From assembly GCA_937903605.1 (NCBI GenBank), contig CALCZC010000007.1, forward strand, positions 189,805-253,804: a stretch of 64,000 bases of DNA, written 5' to 3'. The position numbers and the translations under genes are program-made. The stretch is from an uncultured bacterium (lineage in GTDB: Bacteria > Patescibacteriota > Patescibacteriia > Magasanikbacterales > GWA2-37-8). The notes under the pieces were generated by a model. The model saw only the letters and a program-made list of their open reading frames with translations. It did no database searches and had not been told where the DNA came from. Positions within the stretch are counted from its first letter, which is position 1; every line of letters begins with the position of its first letter. This document shows, in pieces, positions 27,637 to 37,304 of the stretch.

Positions 27637-28620
27637 ATGTCCAAAAAACGCACTTTTTCAGGAGTTAAACCCAGCAACGAAATACATCTGGGCAATTATT
27701 TTGGCGCGATAAAAAACTGGGTGGAAATGCAAGACGAATATGAATGTATTTTTTCCATCGTGGATTTTCATGCTCTGACGGTTTATCAAAAACCGGAAGA
27801 CATACAAAAAAACATCTTCAATATCGCCAAGACCTATCTGGCTTTAGGTATTGATCCGAAAAAATCCCTCATTTTCCAACAATCCGATGTCAAAGAACAT
27901 ACTGAACTTTGCTGGATACTCAATACCATTGCCAAAGTTGGAGAAATGGAACGCATGACCCAATACAAAGACAAAGCCAAAGAACATCCGGAAAATATTA
28001 ATGTCGGTTTGTTTGATTACCCGGTCCTTATGGCCGCGGATATTTTTCTTTATGACACACAAGCCGTTCCGGTCGGCGATGATCAAAAACAACATGTGGA
28101 ACTGGCCCGCGATTTGGCCATCCGTTTTAATTCACTCTACGGTGAAACTTTTGTGATTCCCGAACCGGTCATCAAAAAAGAAGGTCGCCGCATCATGGGT
28201 TTGGACAATCCTCTCAAAAAAATGAGCAAAACCGCTTCTTCGACATTAAATTACATTTCTTTGGTTGACGATCCGGAAGTTGCCAAGAAAAAAATTATAA
28301 AAGCGGTCACGGATTCCGGAAATGAAATCAAATATGCGGAAGACAAGCCCGCGCTTTGCAATTTGCTCACCATTTATTCTTTGCTCACCGGCGAACTCAT
28401 CAAAAATATTGAAGAAAAATACACTGGCAAAGGTTACGGAGATTTCAAAAAGGATCTGGCTGATATTGTTGCCGACTTCTTGGTTGATTTCCAGAAAAAG
28501 TTTAATAAAATATCTGATAAAGAAGTAAAAAAAATATTAGAAGACGGCGCAGACAAAGCGCGAAAAATCGCAGCCAAGAAAATGGAAGAAGTAAAACAAA
28601 AAATCGGGATAAAAATATAA
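27637..28620 (+). CDS. trpS: Tryptophan--tRNA ligase
   Basis: Class I HIGH-like SGVKPSNEIHLGNYFGA and KMSKT; 327 aa. Confidence 0.85.
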   Translation: MSKKRTFSGVKPSNEIHLGNYFGAIKNWVEMQDEYECIFSIVDFHALTVYQKPEDIQKNIFNIAKTYLALGIDPKKSLIFQQSDVKEHTELCWILNTIAKVGEMERMTQYKDKAKEHPENINVGLFDYPVLMAADIFLYDTQAVPVGDDQKQHVELARDLAIRFNSLYGETFVIPEPVIKKEGRRIMGLDNPLKKMSKTASSTLNYISLVDDPEVAKKKIIKAVTDSGNEIKYAEDKPALCNLLTIYSLLTGELIKNIEEKYTGKGYGDFKKDLADIVADFLVDFQKKFNKISDKEVKKILEDGADKARKIAAKKMEEVKQKIGIKI

Positions 28621-28624
28621 GCAT

Positions 28625-28760
28625 TCCCCTCCTCTTCCTCAAGAGGAGGGTTAGGGTGGAGTCTTAGTCCCCTCCTTTTATCTAAGAGGAGGGTTAGGGT
28701 GGAGTCTTAGTCCCCTCCTTTTATTTAAGAGGAGGGCTAGGGTGGAGTGGTCAAAAAGAC
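28625..28760. repeat. Three tandem copies of a roughly 43-bp GC-rich hairpin unit
   Basis: cccctcc(t)tttat(c/t)taagaggagggttagggtggagtcttagt, three copies. Confidence 0.7.
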
Positions 28761-28822
28761 TCTCCCTTAATCCCTCTCTTAAAAAAGAGAGGGAAATCCA
28801 GAAAGTCTTTTGTAAATTTAAA

Positions 28823-29389
28823 ATGCCTAAAAAACTTCTCACAATTCTTATTCTTTTTCTCTTGGCGGTGTTTTTATCCGTCTTTATTGTATTTACCGCT
28901 TCCAAAAAACCGACACCCGCACCCAAACCATTAATCACCAATCTTCTCACTATGCAACTACTCTCTCCTGATTTCAAAAACAACGAAATCATTCCTGGTA
29001 AATTCACTTGTGACGGGCTCAATATTAACCCGGAATTGAAAATTTACGGCATTCCGGACAACGCTTTATCTCTGGCTATTATTTTAAACGACCCCGATTC
29101 TGTTGGTGGTGATTGGTCGCATTGGGTAATGTGGAATATAGACCCTAAAACTGAACTTATTGCAGAAAATTCCGTGCCTGCAGGCGCATTTGTCGGCAAA
29201 ACCGACTTTGACAATAACAAATATGGCGGTCCCTGTCCCCCGTCCGGCTCGCATCGTTATGTTTTCCATCTTTACGCCCTAGATACCAATTTAGATATTC
29301 CACAAAATTCTAACAAAGCGGATTTGCTTAAAGCGATAGAGGGGCATTTGATAGCAGAGACGGAATTGGTTGGAGTTTATAGCAAATAA
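28823..29389 (+). CDS. PEBP (YbhB/YbcL) family protein with N-terminal TM anchor
   Basis: GGPCPPSGSHRYVFHLYALD signature; start chosen at MPKKLL because the upstream part of the track ORF overlaps the repeat array. Confidence 0.7.
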   Translation: MPKKLLTILILFLLAVFLSVFIVFTASKKPTPAPKPLITNLLTMQLLSPDFKNNEIIPGKFTCDGLNINPELKIYGIPDNALSLAIILNDPDSVGGDWSHWVMWNIDPKTELIAENSVPAGAFVGKTDFDNNKYGGPCPPSGSHRYVFHLYALDTNLDIPQNSNKADLLKAIEGHLIAETELVGVYSK

Positions 29390-29419
29390 AAATAATTTAT
29401 TCTTAATTAATCTTCTTTT

Positions 29420-29695
29420 ATGTTCAAGCCAACAAAAAATAAAATCTTACTTTCATTACTCGTCTCCATCGTCATCTTGATAATATATATAATATATTTT
29501 AAATTTTTTTACATTTCCAGCGAACCTTGCCATCTTGTGCTTTGCGCAAAAATAGAGGAATATAAAATATTTTCAATAAGACCAACCTGTTGTGGATATA
29601 CAATGAAAAAATTATTAACTGAAATAATTTCAGTTATTTTATCATCTTTTTTGGTTAGCTATCTGGCTATATCAATTATTAATAGAAAAAAATAA
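29420..29695 (+). CDS. Small hypothetical membrane protein
   Basis: Two TM helices; 91 aa. Confidence 0.4.
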   Translation: MFKPTKNKILLSLLVSIVILIIYIIYFKFFYISSEPCHLVLCAKIEEYKIFSIRPTCCGYTMKKLLTEIISVILSSFLVSYLAISIINRKK

Positions 29696-29812
29696 TTTAA
29701 ACTTGAATCCAAAAGGCGCCTAACCGGCGTCTTTTTTAATTTACAAACTATATTTATTTTTATCGTGTTTTAAGATATAATTAAAGCACTTATTTTTATA
29801 AAATATTTCTTT

Positions 29813-30910
29813 GTGTTTTTTGCAACCAGAAAACTAAACGACCTCTATCTCAGCGTGGCGATAAAATCTTTCGCGCTTTCCATGCTTGGTATCTTCATAC
29901 CTATTTTTTTGATCAAACAAGGTTACACCCTATCAAATGTTTTGATTTTTTATGCTGTACTAAACGCCACCCACGCCCTATTTGTAATCCCGGCGACAAA
30001 AATTTGTTCTGCATACGGTTTTCGTTACTGCATTTCTTTGAGTTTCCCGCTACTTTTGGTTTTTTATGCCGGACTTTATACGTTAAATATTTATCACTGG
30101 CCTTTATTTCTCTTGGGTTTTGTTTCTGGTCTCAGTAATGCTTTTTATTGGATCGGATATCATCTTGATTTTTCAGTCTTTGGCGACCACCATCATCGTG
30201 GCAGAGAAGTCGGAACAGTAAAAATAATAACTTTGATTTTCCAAGCTCTAGGCCCACTTACCGGAGGTTTGATTTTGGCTTTCATCGGTTTTGGAGCTCT
30301 TTTTATCAGCGCCGCAATTTTACTCCTTTGTTCTTCTTTGCCGCTTTTTTTCCTCAAAAAAAATCATTCACCCATTATTTTTTCCGCCAAAAAATTTTTT
30401 AAAGGACAAAAGATAAAAGACGTTTTAACTTTTGCCGGCTATGGTATAGAAAGCGGGATCGCCACAGTTATTTGGCCGATATTTATCTTTTTTGCAGTTT
30501 TAAATAACTTTTGGGAACTGGGGCTTATCTCTTCTTTATCTTTATTTTTCTCTTTGATCTTTATTTTTATTGTTGGAAAACTTTTTGATGTTTGTGGAAA
30601 AATAATTTTGAAACTCGGATCTGTTCTAAACGCCATGGTTTGGGTTTTTCGTTTTTTTGTCAGTACCAAATTTCAAGTTTACTTAGCTGATTCTCTCTAT
30701 GGTATCACGCAAACACTTGTCCATATCCCCTTTGATGCGATGAGTTATGAAAAAGCCAACAAAACCGACATTATCAATCTTATCACTCTTCGAGAAATCA
30801 CTATTCAAACAGCCCGGGTTGTATTGTTTATACTTTTAATCTTTATTTCCGACTTCACTTTTAGTTTCCTCTTTGGCGGTGGTGCATCTCTGCTTTTTTT
30901 ATTATTTTGA
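29813..30910 (+). CDS. MFS-type multi-pass membrane transporter
   Basis: About 12 hydrophobic helices; 365 aa. Confidence 0.55.
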   Translation: MFFATRKLNDLYLSVAIKSFALSMLGIFIPIFLIKQGYTLSNVLIFYAVLNATHALFVIPATKICSAYGFRYCISLSFPLLLVFYAGLYTLNIYHWPLFLLGFVSGLSNAFYWIGYHLDFSVFGDHHHRGREVGTVKIITLIFQALGPLTGGLILAFIGFGALFISAAILLLCSSLPLFFLKKNHSPIIFSAKKFFKGQKIKDVLTFAGYGIESGIATVIWPIFIFFAVLNNFWELGLISSLSLFFSLIFIFIVGKLFDVCGKIILKLGSVLNAMVWVFRFFVSTKFQVYLADSLYGITQTLVHIPFDAMSYEKANKTDIINLITLREITIQTARVVLFILLIFISDFTFSFLFGGGASLLFLLF

Positions 30911-30922
30911 TAAATAAACAAT

Positions 30923-31444
30923 ATGTCCAAATCTCAAATTGAAACAGATAAAACAATTTTGGACTTTCTTGGAAATACAAAAATTTTTACTCCAGAAGAT
31001 TTGGTTATTTTGCGCAACAAAATTTTTTCCCATTTGGAATTTCGTCCGTACAATGACGAAACAAAAACACACGCCGACAGTATTCAATGGAAAAGAACGG
31101 CGTCAGAAATAATCAGGGACGGCTATGTTTATCAAGGCAAGGCTTGTTCGGATTTAACAATAGTATTTTTGGCTTTATGCAAAGCCGCCGGCATTGAAGG
31201 GCTTTTGGTTAAACTGAAAAGTTTGGATGATAAGAAAACCCACTCCATAGCCGAGATTAATTTAAACGGCGCTTGGTATAGAATAGATGTTTCAAGCAAA
31301 GATTCCCTTCCTTTCGCGGGACAACTTACAGACGAGTCTATTTGGAATAAAAATTATAAAGTTTGGAAAAAAGGACGTGATATTTGGGACCTGGAACTTG
31401 ATGATATAAACACGGAAAATAAAATTTTTAAAAAAGACGCCTAA
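30923..31444 (+). CDS. Transglutaminase-like cysteine peptidase domain protein
   Basis: GKACSDLTIVFLALCKAAGI...HSIAEI...GAWYRIDVS (Cys-His-Asp core). Confidence 0.55.
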   Translation: MSKSQIETDKTILDFLGNTKIFTPEDLVILRNKIFSHLEFRPYNDETKTHADSIQWKRTASEIIRDGYVYQGKACSDLTIVFLALCKAAGIEGLLVKLKSLDDKKTHSIAEINLNGAWYRIDVSSKDSLPFAGQLTDESIWNKNYKVWKKGRDIWDLELDDINTENKIFKKDA

Positions 31445-31508
31445 CCAGCGTCTTTTTTAAAAATAAAAAAACCACCCATTAAGCGGGGTGGCGCGCTGTG
31501 AACAATTT

Positions 31509-31805
31509 TTAGTCTGTTCTTATTGTGGCGCCTTTGAAAGGCCATCCCGTACAGACATATACCTCGACGAGGATGCCGGCTGGATTTACAGCCTTAACTG
31601 TAAATTTTGCCGCATCTTTTTCATCACATCCGCGCAAGCCTACCATAAAAAAGCTTTTGTCAATAATGCGGACCTTGCTGTATCCCTGCTTTTTCAAGGA
31701 TTCTCTTGCAGCATTTTCATCTGCAAAAACTCCGCGGCAAGCAATGATAAGCATCAAAATAATTGAAACGGTAAAAACAAAAATACTATTCTTTGTTGAA
31801 TCCAT
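31509..31805 (-). CDS. Small secreted hypothetical protein
   Basis: Signal peptide; 98 aa; minus-strand terminator cagcgcgccaccccgcttaatgggtggttttttt. Confidence 0.5.
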   Translation of the reverse strand: MDSTKNSIFVFTVSIILMLIIACRGVFADENAARESLKKQGYSKVRIIDKSFFMVGLRGCDEKDAAKFTVKAVNPAGILVEVYVCTGWPFKGATIRTD

Positions 31806-32045
31806 TTTATTCTCCGGTCGTATATGGCCCGACTCCGGCGCTTAATTAAACTAAATGTAAGGAACAAATATTTTAACAACGCATTGTAGCACATTTTAAC
31901 ACTTTTGTCAATAGTTTAGCTTGGCTAATTTTAGCCAAAATTAAATATAAATAATGCCTTTCGCCCCCGTTTTTTAATATTCAATATTCAGTATTCAATA
32001 TTAAATTATTGACAAACACTCCATTCTTTGCTAATATTTCCTCAA

Positions 32046-32148
32046 ATTCAACCCTGTAAAATCCGCTATCGCGGACCACGGGGCAAGCTAATAAACGGTG
32101 GGATCTGCGGGCCACTCCCGTGGAGCTTGTACCACTAAACATATTTTT
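32046..32148 (+). promoter_or_regulatory. Putative ribosomal protein L1 autoregulatory leader
   Basis: GC-rich structured segment (gcggaccacggggcaagc...gggatctgcgggccactcccgtggagc) directly upstream of rplA in an AT-rich context. Confidence 0.35.
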
Positions 32149-32823
32149 ATGGGAAAAAGAATTGACGCTCTTCGCGCCAAAGTAGACCAAAACAAAGTCT
32201 ATTCCGTAGAAGAAGCTATCAAACTCGTTAAAGAAACTTCTAGTGTGAAGTTTGACGCTAGTGTGGAAATCCACGCTCAACTTGGTATTGACCCAAAAAA
32301 AGGTGAACAACAAATTCGTTCTACCGTCGTCCTACCTCACGGTACTGGCAAAAGCAAAAAAGTAGCGGCTTTCGTTTCTGCTGAAAAGGAAAAAGAAGCC
32401 AAAGAAGCCGGAGCTGATTTCATCTATGGTGAAGAAGATATCAAAAAAATCAAAGACACCGGTAAAATAGAATTTGATGTGGCTGTCACCACTCCGGATA
32501 TGATGCCAAAAATGGCTGTGGCCGCGAAAGTATTGGGTCCAAAAGGCTTGATGCCAAATCCGAAAACCGAAACTGTCGGTCCGAATATCAAAAAAATGGT
32601 TGAGGAATTGAAAAAAGGTAAAATCACTTTCAAAAACGATGATGGCGCCAATGTCCATCAAATCATCGGCAAAGTCAGTTTCGATGAAGCTAAATTAAAA
32701 GAAAATTTTGAAGCCTTTTTGGATGCTCTCAAAAAAGTGAAACCAAATTCCGCCAAAGGAACTTATATCAAGAACTTGACTGTCAATGCGACCATGGGTC
32801 CGGCGATAAAGGTACAGGCTTAA
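32149..32823 (+). CDS. rplA: 50S ribosomal protein L1
   Basis: MGKRIDALRAKVD...KFDASVEIHAQLGIDPKKGEQQIRSTVVLPHGTGK; start set at the internal ATG at 32149. Confidence 0.85.
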   Translation: MGKRIDALRAKVDQNKVYSVEEAIKLVKETSSVKFDASVEIHAQLGIDPKKGEQQIRSTVVLPHGTGKSKKVAAFVSAEKEKEAKEAGADFIYGEEDIKKIKDTGKIEFDVAVTTPDMMPKMAVAAKVLGPKGLMPNPKTETVGPNIKKMVEELKKGKITFKNDDGANVHQIIGKVSFDEAKLKENFEAFLDALKKVKPNSAKGTYIKNLTVNATMGPAIKVQA

Positions 32824-33034
32824 TACAAATTAAATAAAAAATCCGCTGTAAGGCGGATTTTTTATTTAATTTAATTTTCAATTTTTAATTTAAAATTTTT
32901 AATTAATTTTCAATTTTTTACACAATCTTGCAATCTTTAAATCTTTAAATCTTGCAATTTTACAGACTTGCCAATACCCCCAAAATTTGATAAATTTGAT
33001 ATGCTAAAAAACTCTAATTTTTAAACTATTTTTT

Positions 33035-33493
33035 ATGCAAAAACCTCGCGAAAACGCTATTTCTTGGGACGAATGTTTCATGCGTATGGCCAATGTGATA
33101 GCAGAGCGTAGCAAAGACCCTAGTACTCAAGCCGGAGCAGTTGTCGTGACCGCCGATAACGTGGTAGTGGGCCTTGGATATAACGGTTTTCCTCGTGGAA
33201 TAGACAGCAACGATTTACCATGGGACAGAGAAGGAGAATTACAAAATACTAAATACGCTTATGTCTGTCATGCTGAAGAAAACGCTATTTATAATGCCAA
33301 CGGTCCGGTTCGTGATTGTAAAATTTATTGTACACTTTTTCCTTGTAATGAATGTGCTAAAACCATTATCCAAAACGGTATACGCGAAGTAATTTTTGAA
33401 AGCGATAAATACCACGACACCCCAGCTTGTATCGCCTCTCGCAAAATGTTTGATTTAGCCGGTGTAACTTATAGAGAATACAAAAATCGATAA
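33035..33493 (+). CDS. dCMP deaminase (cytidine/deoxycytidylate deaminase family)
   Basis: CHAEENAI and PCNECAKTI zinc-binding motifs. Confidence 0.8.
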   Translation: MQKPRENAISWDECFMRMANVIAERSKDPSTQAGAVVVTADNVVVGLGYNGFPRGIDSNDLPWDREGELQNTKYAYVCHAEENAIYNANGPVRDCKIYCTLFPCNECAKTIIQNGIREVIFESDKYHDTPACIASRKMFDLAGVTYREYKNR

Positions 33494-33591
33494 ACGATTT
33501 AAATAATTTAAAGATTCAAAGATTTAAAGATTGTAAAAACCGTACAAAATCTTTTAATCTTTCAATCTTACAATCTTTCAATCTCAAACTT

Positions 33592-34143
33592 ATGTCAAAA
33601 ATTATCCTCGGTTTTGTCGGTGAAATTTCTTGTGGAAAATCCACGGCTACACAATATCTCAAAAACAAGTATGGTGCTGTGACTTTCAAATTCTCTGATT
33701 GTTTACGCGATGTCGCCTCTCGCATGCATATCGAAAAAACACGTGAAAATCTTCAGCTCATTTCCACTGTTTTACGCCAAAATTTTGGCGATGATTTATT
33801 GTCAAAAATTTTAGCTGAAGATGTTCGCAACGCAGATGCGGAAATTATTATTACCGAAGGTGTTCGCAGATTAAGCGACATCACTTATCTCAAAGATGTT
33901 CCGGGATTCAAACTCATAGCCATCAAAACCGATGAACGTATCCGTTTTGAGAGATTAACCCAAAGAAGCGAAAATATTGACGATAAAAATAGAACTTGGG
34001 AAGAATTTCAAAAAGATGGCCAAAGAGAAACCGAATTACGTATCAAAGAAACAATGGATCAAGCCGATTTTACTCTGGATAACAACGGCTCTGCCGAAGA
34101 GTTACACGCGCAAATAGATGCTTTAATGACCCAACTACAATAA
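33592..34143 (+). CDS. P-loop nucleotide kinase (dNMP kinase-like)
   Basis: Walker A GEISCGKST; embedded in the thymidylate-synthesis gene cluster. Confidence 0.5.
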   Translation: MSKIILGFVGEISCGKSTATQYLKNKYGAVTFKFSDCLRDVASRMHIEKTRENLQLISTVLRQNFGDDLLSKILAEDVRNADAEIIITEGVRRLSDITYLKDVPGFKLIAIKTDERIRFERLTQRSENIDDKNRTWEEFQKDGQRETELRIKETMDQADFTLDNNGSAEELHAQIDALMTQLQ

Positions 34144-34145
34144 TT

Positions 34146-34679
34146 ATGCAAAATATTGAAGTGGAAATTCGTAGTTTTCTTACCGAAGAACAATATAATC
34201 ATTTTTTGGAATATTTCAAACAAAATTCTATATTTGTAAACGAAGATTATCAAGAAACTTATTATTTTGACGGCCCGCAAGATTTACGTATCCAAAAAAA
34301 TAATTTCTACGCCAAAATTTGGTTAAAAAGCGGAAAAATCCATGATGAACAGCGTGAAGAAACGGAAATAAAATTTGATAAAGAAGATTTTGGCCAAGCG
34401 GAAAAACTTTTTTTGAACTTGGGTTATAAAACTCAGATAAAATGGTTTCGCACGCGCAATGTTTTCAAATGGCAAGATATCACCGTGACCATCGACTATT
34501 CCAAAGGCTACGGCTATATCATTGAATTTGAAAAAATGTCGGATGAAGAAAATAAAAACAAAGATTTGGAGTATCTCAAAAACAAAATGGCTGAATTGCA
34601 AATAACCCAAACCCCGAAAGAAGAATTTGATACAAAATATAATTATTATAAAGAACATTGGGAGGAATTAACTAAATAA
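34146..34679 (+). CDS. CYTH-like (triphosphate tunnel metalloenzyme) domain protein
   Basis: N-terminal EVEIRSF (ExExK-like) motif, YYFD, IEFE acidic motifs. Confidence 0.45.
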   Translation: MQNIEVEIRSFLTEEQYNHFLEYFKQNSIFVNEDYQETYYFDGPQDLRIQKNNFYAKIWLKSGKIHDEQREETEIKFDKEDFGQAEKLFLNLGYKTQIKWFRTRNVFKWQDITVTIDYSKGYGYIIEFEKMSDEENKNKDLEYLKNKMAELQITQTPKEEFDTKYNYYKEHWEELTK

Positions 34680-34681
34680 TT

Positions 34682-35113
34682 ATGCAAATTAAAATAAAAC
34701 GGATAGATAAAGAACTTTCGCTTCCGGCTTACCAAACAGAAGGTTCAGCTGGTTTTGATATTTATGCGCGGGAAAATACTGTTATTGCACCAAAAACTAT
34801 TTCACTAGTACCAAGTAATTTAATTATTGCTACTCCACCTGGGTTTATGCTCGTTGTGGCTTCGCGCTCCAGCACGCCTAAACGCAAAGGATTAATGATT
34901 GCCAACGGAATCGGTATCGTGGATAGCGATTACAGCGGGCCGGAAGATGAAATAAAAATTTTAGTTTACAATTTTACCGAAAATGAAGTTATGGTAGAAA
35001 AAGGCGAACGTATCGCTCAAGGACTTTTTGTTAAAGTAGAACAAGGACAGTGGGAAGAAACTGATATTATGGAAAACCCTACTCGCGGAGGTTTTGGTTC
35101 AACGGGAAAATAA
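34682..35113 (+). CDS. dut: dUTP diphosphatase
   Basis: GSAGFDIYA, IANGIGIVDSDYSGPE, RIAQ motifs. Confidence 0.85.
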   Translation: MQIKIKRIDKELSLPAYQTEGSAGFDIYARENTVIAPKTISLVPSNLIIATPPGFMLVVASRSSTPKRKGLMIANGIGIVDSDYSGPEDEIKILVYNFTENEVMVEKGERIAQGLFVKVEQGQWEETDIMENPTRGGFGSTGK

Positions 35114-35141
35114 ACTTCATTTAATTAATTTTTATAAAAAT

Positions 35142-36014
35142 ATGCGTACTTATCTCGATATTGTCCAAAAAATTATTGATACTGGTGAACGCAAAGAAAA
35201 TCGAACTGGTGTTGATACTATTGCTATTGCTGGGGCTATGTTTGAACACGATATGAGTAAAGGTTTTCCTCTTTTGACCACCAAAAAAACTCCTTTCAAG
35301 GTTATGGCCACAGAATTGGAATTTTTTATCAAAGGCATTACAAATAAAAATTGGCTAATAGAAAGAAACTGTCATATTTGGGATGAATGGGCTTCACCTT
35401 TAAAAGTTGCTTATGGCCATAATGAGGAGACCAAGAAAAAAATGATGGAAGAAAGGGATTTGGGTCCGATTTATGGCTTTCAGTGGCGTCATTTCAACGC
35501 TGATTATGAAAATTTTGATTCCGACTATTCTGGCAAAGGTATAGACCAGTTAAAAAAGCTGGTTGAAACTTTGAAAAAAAATCCTAACGATCGCCGCATG
35601 ATAGTGTCTGCTTGGAATCCAAGCAAATTACACGAAATGGCTCTTCCTCCTTGTCATTACAGCTTTCAAGTTACAGTTATAAACGGAAAATTAAATTTAC
35701 TTTGGAATCAAAGATCGGTAGATACTATGCTCGGACTTCCTTTCAATATCGCTTCTTATGCCTTGCTTTTACATTTACTTGCCAAAGAAGCCGGATTGCA
35801 AGAAGGTAAACTAGTTGGATTTTTGGCCGATACTCATATTTATGTTAATCATCTTGACGGAGCCAAAGAACAATTGTCACGCGATCCAAATATCTATCCT
35901 CTACCGCAAATTGTGACAGAAAATTTTACTTCTATTTTTGATTGGAAAGCGGAAAATACCAAATTGCAAAATTATCAAAGTTTTCCAAAAATTGAATTCC
36001 CTATCGCAGTATAA
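35142..36014 (+). CDS. thyA: Thymidylate synthase
   Basis: MRTYLDIV..., active-site LPPCH, DTHIY; start at the internal ATG after the dut stop. Confidence 0.9.
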   Translation: MRTYLDIVQKIIDTGERKENRTGVDTIAIAGAMFEHDMSKGFPLLTTKKTPFKVMATELEFFIKGITNKNWLIERNCHIWDEWASPLKVAYGHNEETKKKMMEERDLGPIYGFQWRHFNADYENFDSDYSGKGIDQLKKLVETLKKNPNDRRMIVSAWNPSKLHEMALPPCHYSFQVTVINGKLNLLWNQRSVDTMLGLPFNIASYALLLHLLAKEAGLQEGKLVGFLADTHIYVNHLDGAKEQLSRDPNIYPLPQIVTENFTSIFDWKAENTKLQNYQSFPKIEFPIAV

Positions 36015-36015
36015 T

Positions 36016-36525
36016 ATGAAAACAACACTTTTGATGGCTATAACAGCCGACGGAAAAATCGCAAAAAATTCCACCCATTTTGCCAATTGGACTTCTGGTG
36101 CAGATAAAAAAATGTTCGTAGAAAAAACCAAATCTGCCGGTGTAATTATTATGGGCTTAACAACCTATCAGACTATTGGTCGCCCGCTTCCAGGTCGTCT
36201 AAATATTGTTTTAACCCCAGAGCCAGAAAAAGAAACTTCGATTCCAGGATCTTTGGAATACGCTTCGCAAACTCCAAAAGAAATCTTGGAGAATTTGGAA
36301 AAAAGAAATTTTTCTGAAGCTATTATCGGCGGTGGTTCAACTATAAATGGATTGTTTTTAAAAGAAAATTTAATTGATGAAATTTGGTTGACCGTAGAAC
36401 CAAAAATTTTTGGTGAAGGCCTCGATCTTTTTCGTGGAGTAGAGGTTGATTTGAATTTAGAATTGCTGAAAACCGTTCAGTTGGATAAAAATGTAATTCA
36501 ACTAAAATACAAAGTGCTAAAATAA
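36016..36525 (+). CDS. folA: Dihydrofolate reductase
   Basis: VIIMGLTTYQTIGRPLPGRLNIVLT and IIGGGSTI motifs; start at MKTTLL directly after the thyA stop. Confidence 0.75.
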   Translation: MKTTLLMAITADGKIAKNSTHFANWTSGADKKMFVEKTKSAGVIIMGLTTYQTIGRPLPGRLNIVLTPEPEKETSIPGSLEYASQTPKEILENLEKRNFSEAIIGGGSTINGLFLKENLIDEIWLTVEPKIFGEGLDLFRGVEVDLNLELLKTVQLDKNVIQLKYKVLK

Positions 36526-36581
36526 ACACCAAATTGAAAATTCATTAAAAATTGTAAAATTAAAAATTAAAAATTCTACTT

Positions 36582-37295
36582 ATGTTCATAATGCTCGACG
36601 CAATAGACGGAGGCGGTAAAGGTACCGTTATCTCCGCTTGGAAAGAATATATTACCTCCCAAGGCAACCCTATTTTTGATCTGAAAGATTATTGGGAACA
36701 AAACAAACAATACCCGGAGATAAATGAACTGCGATCTTATGATTTTGTTTTTACCGCCGAGCCGACTTATGCCGGTATCGGTCAAGTAATCCGTGATGAA
36801 CTTATCAGGACCGGCACAGACTATCCTCCGGAAGCTGTGGCTCAGGCTTATTCTTTGGATCGTTTGGTACTTTATAAAAAAATTATTTTACCACTTTTGG
36901 CTCAAGACAAATTTATCATTCAAGACAGAGGTTTTTCCACCTCTTTGGCTTATCAAAACGCCCAAACTCCGGAATTAACCTTTGAAAAACTACTGGCCAT
37001 GCCGGGAAACACTCTGGCGCTAAAACACCGCCCTGATTATCTCATTCTTTTGACCACCGAGCCGGAAGAAGCCATGCGCCGACTGGATGCTCGTGGAGAT
37101 AAAAAAGACAACGTTATCTTTGAAAACCTTGATTTTCAAAAGAAAACCGCCGCCACCTTTATGTCTCCTGGTTACCAAGAAATTTTTACCCAAGCCGGGA
37201 CCAAAATATTTTACTTGTCTACAATGGGTGAAATTGATATAATAAGACAAAAGGCTAAAGAACTTTTAGCCAATATTATTAATCAAAAAGTTTAA
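36582..37295 (+). CDS. tmk: Thymidylate kinase
   Basis: P-loop DGGGKGT, DRGFSTSLAYQ motif. Confidence 0.8.
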   Translation: MFIMLDAIDGGGKGTVISAWKEYITSQGNPIFDLKDYWEQNKQYPEINELRSYDFVFTAEPTYAGIGQVIRDELIRTGTDYPPEAVAQAYSLDRLVLYKKIILPLLAQDKFIIQDRGFSTSLAYQNAQTPELTFEKLLAMPGNTLALKHRPDYLILLTTEPEEAMRRLDARGDKKDNVIFENLDFQKKTAATFMSPGYQEIFTQAGTKIFYLSTMGEIDIIRQKAKELLANIINQKV

Positions 37296-37304
37296 ATAAA
37301 TCAT

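Noticed and set aside
28625-28760. Possible CRISPR array (regular direct repeats)
   Set aside because: The units are directly tandem with no unique spacers. There are only 3 units, and no cas genes are nearby.
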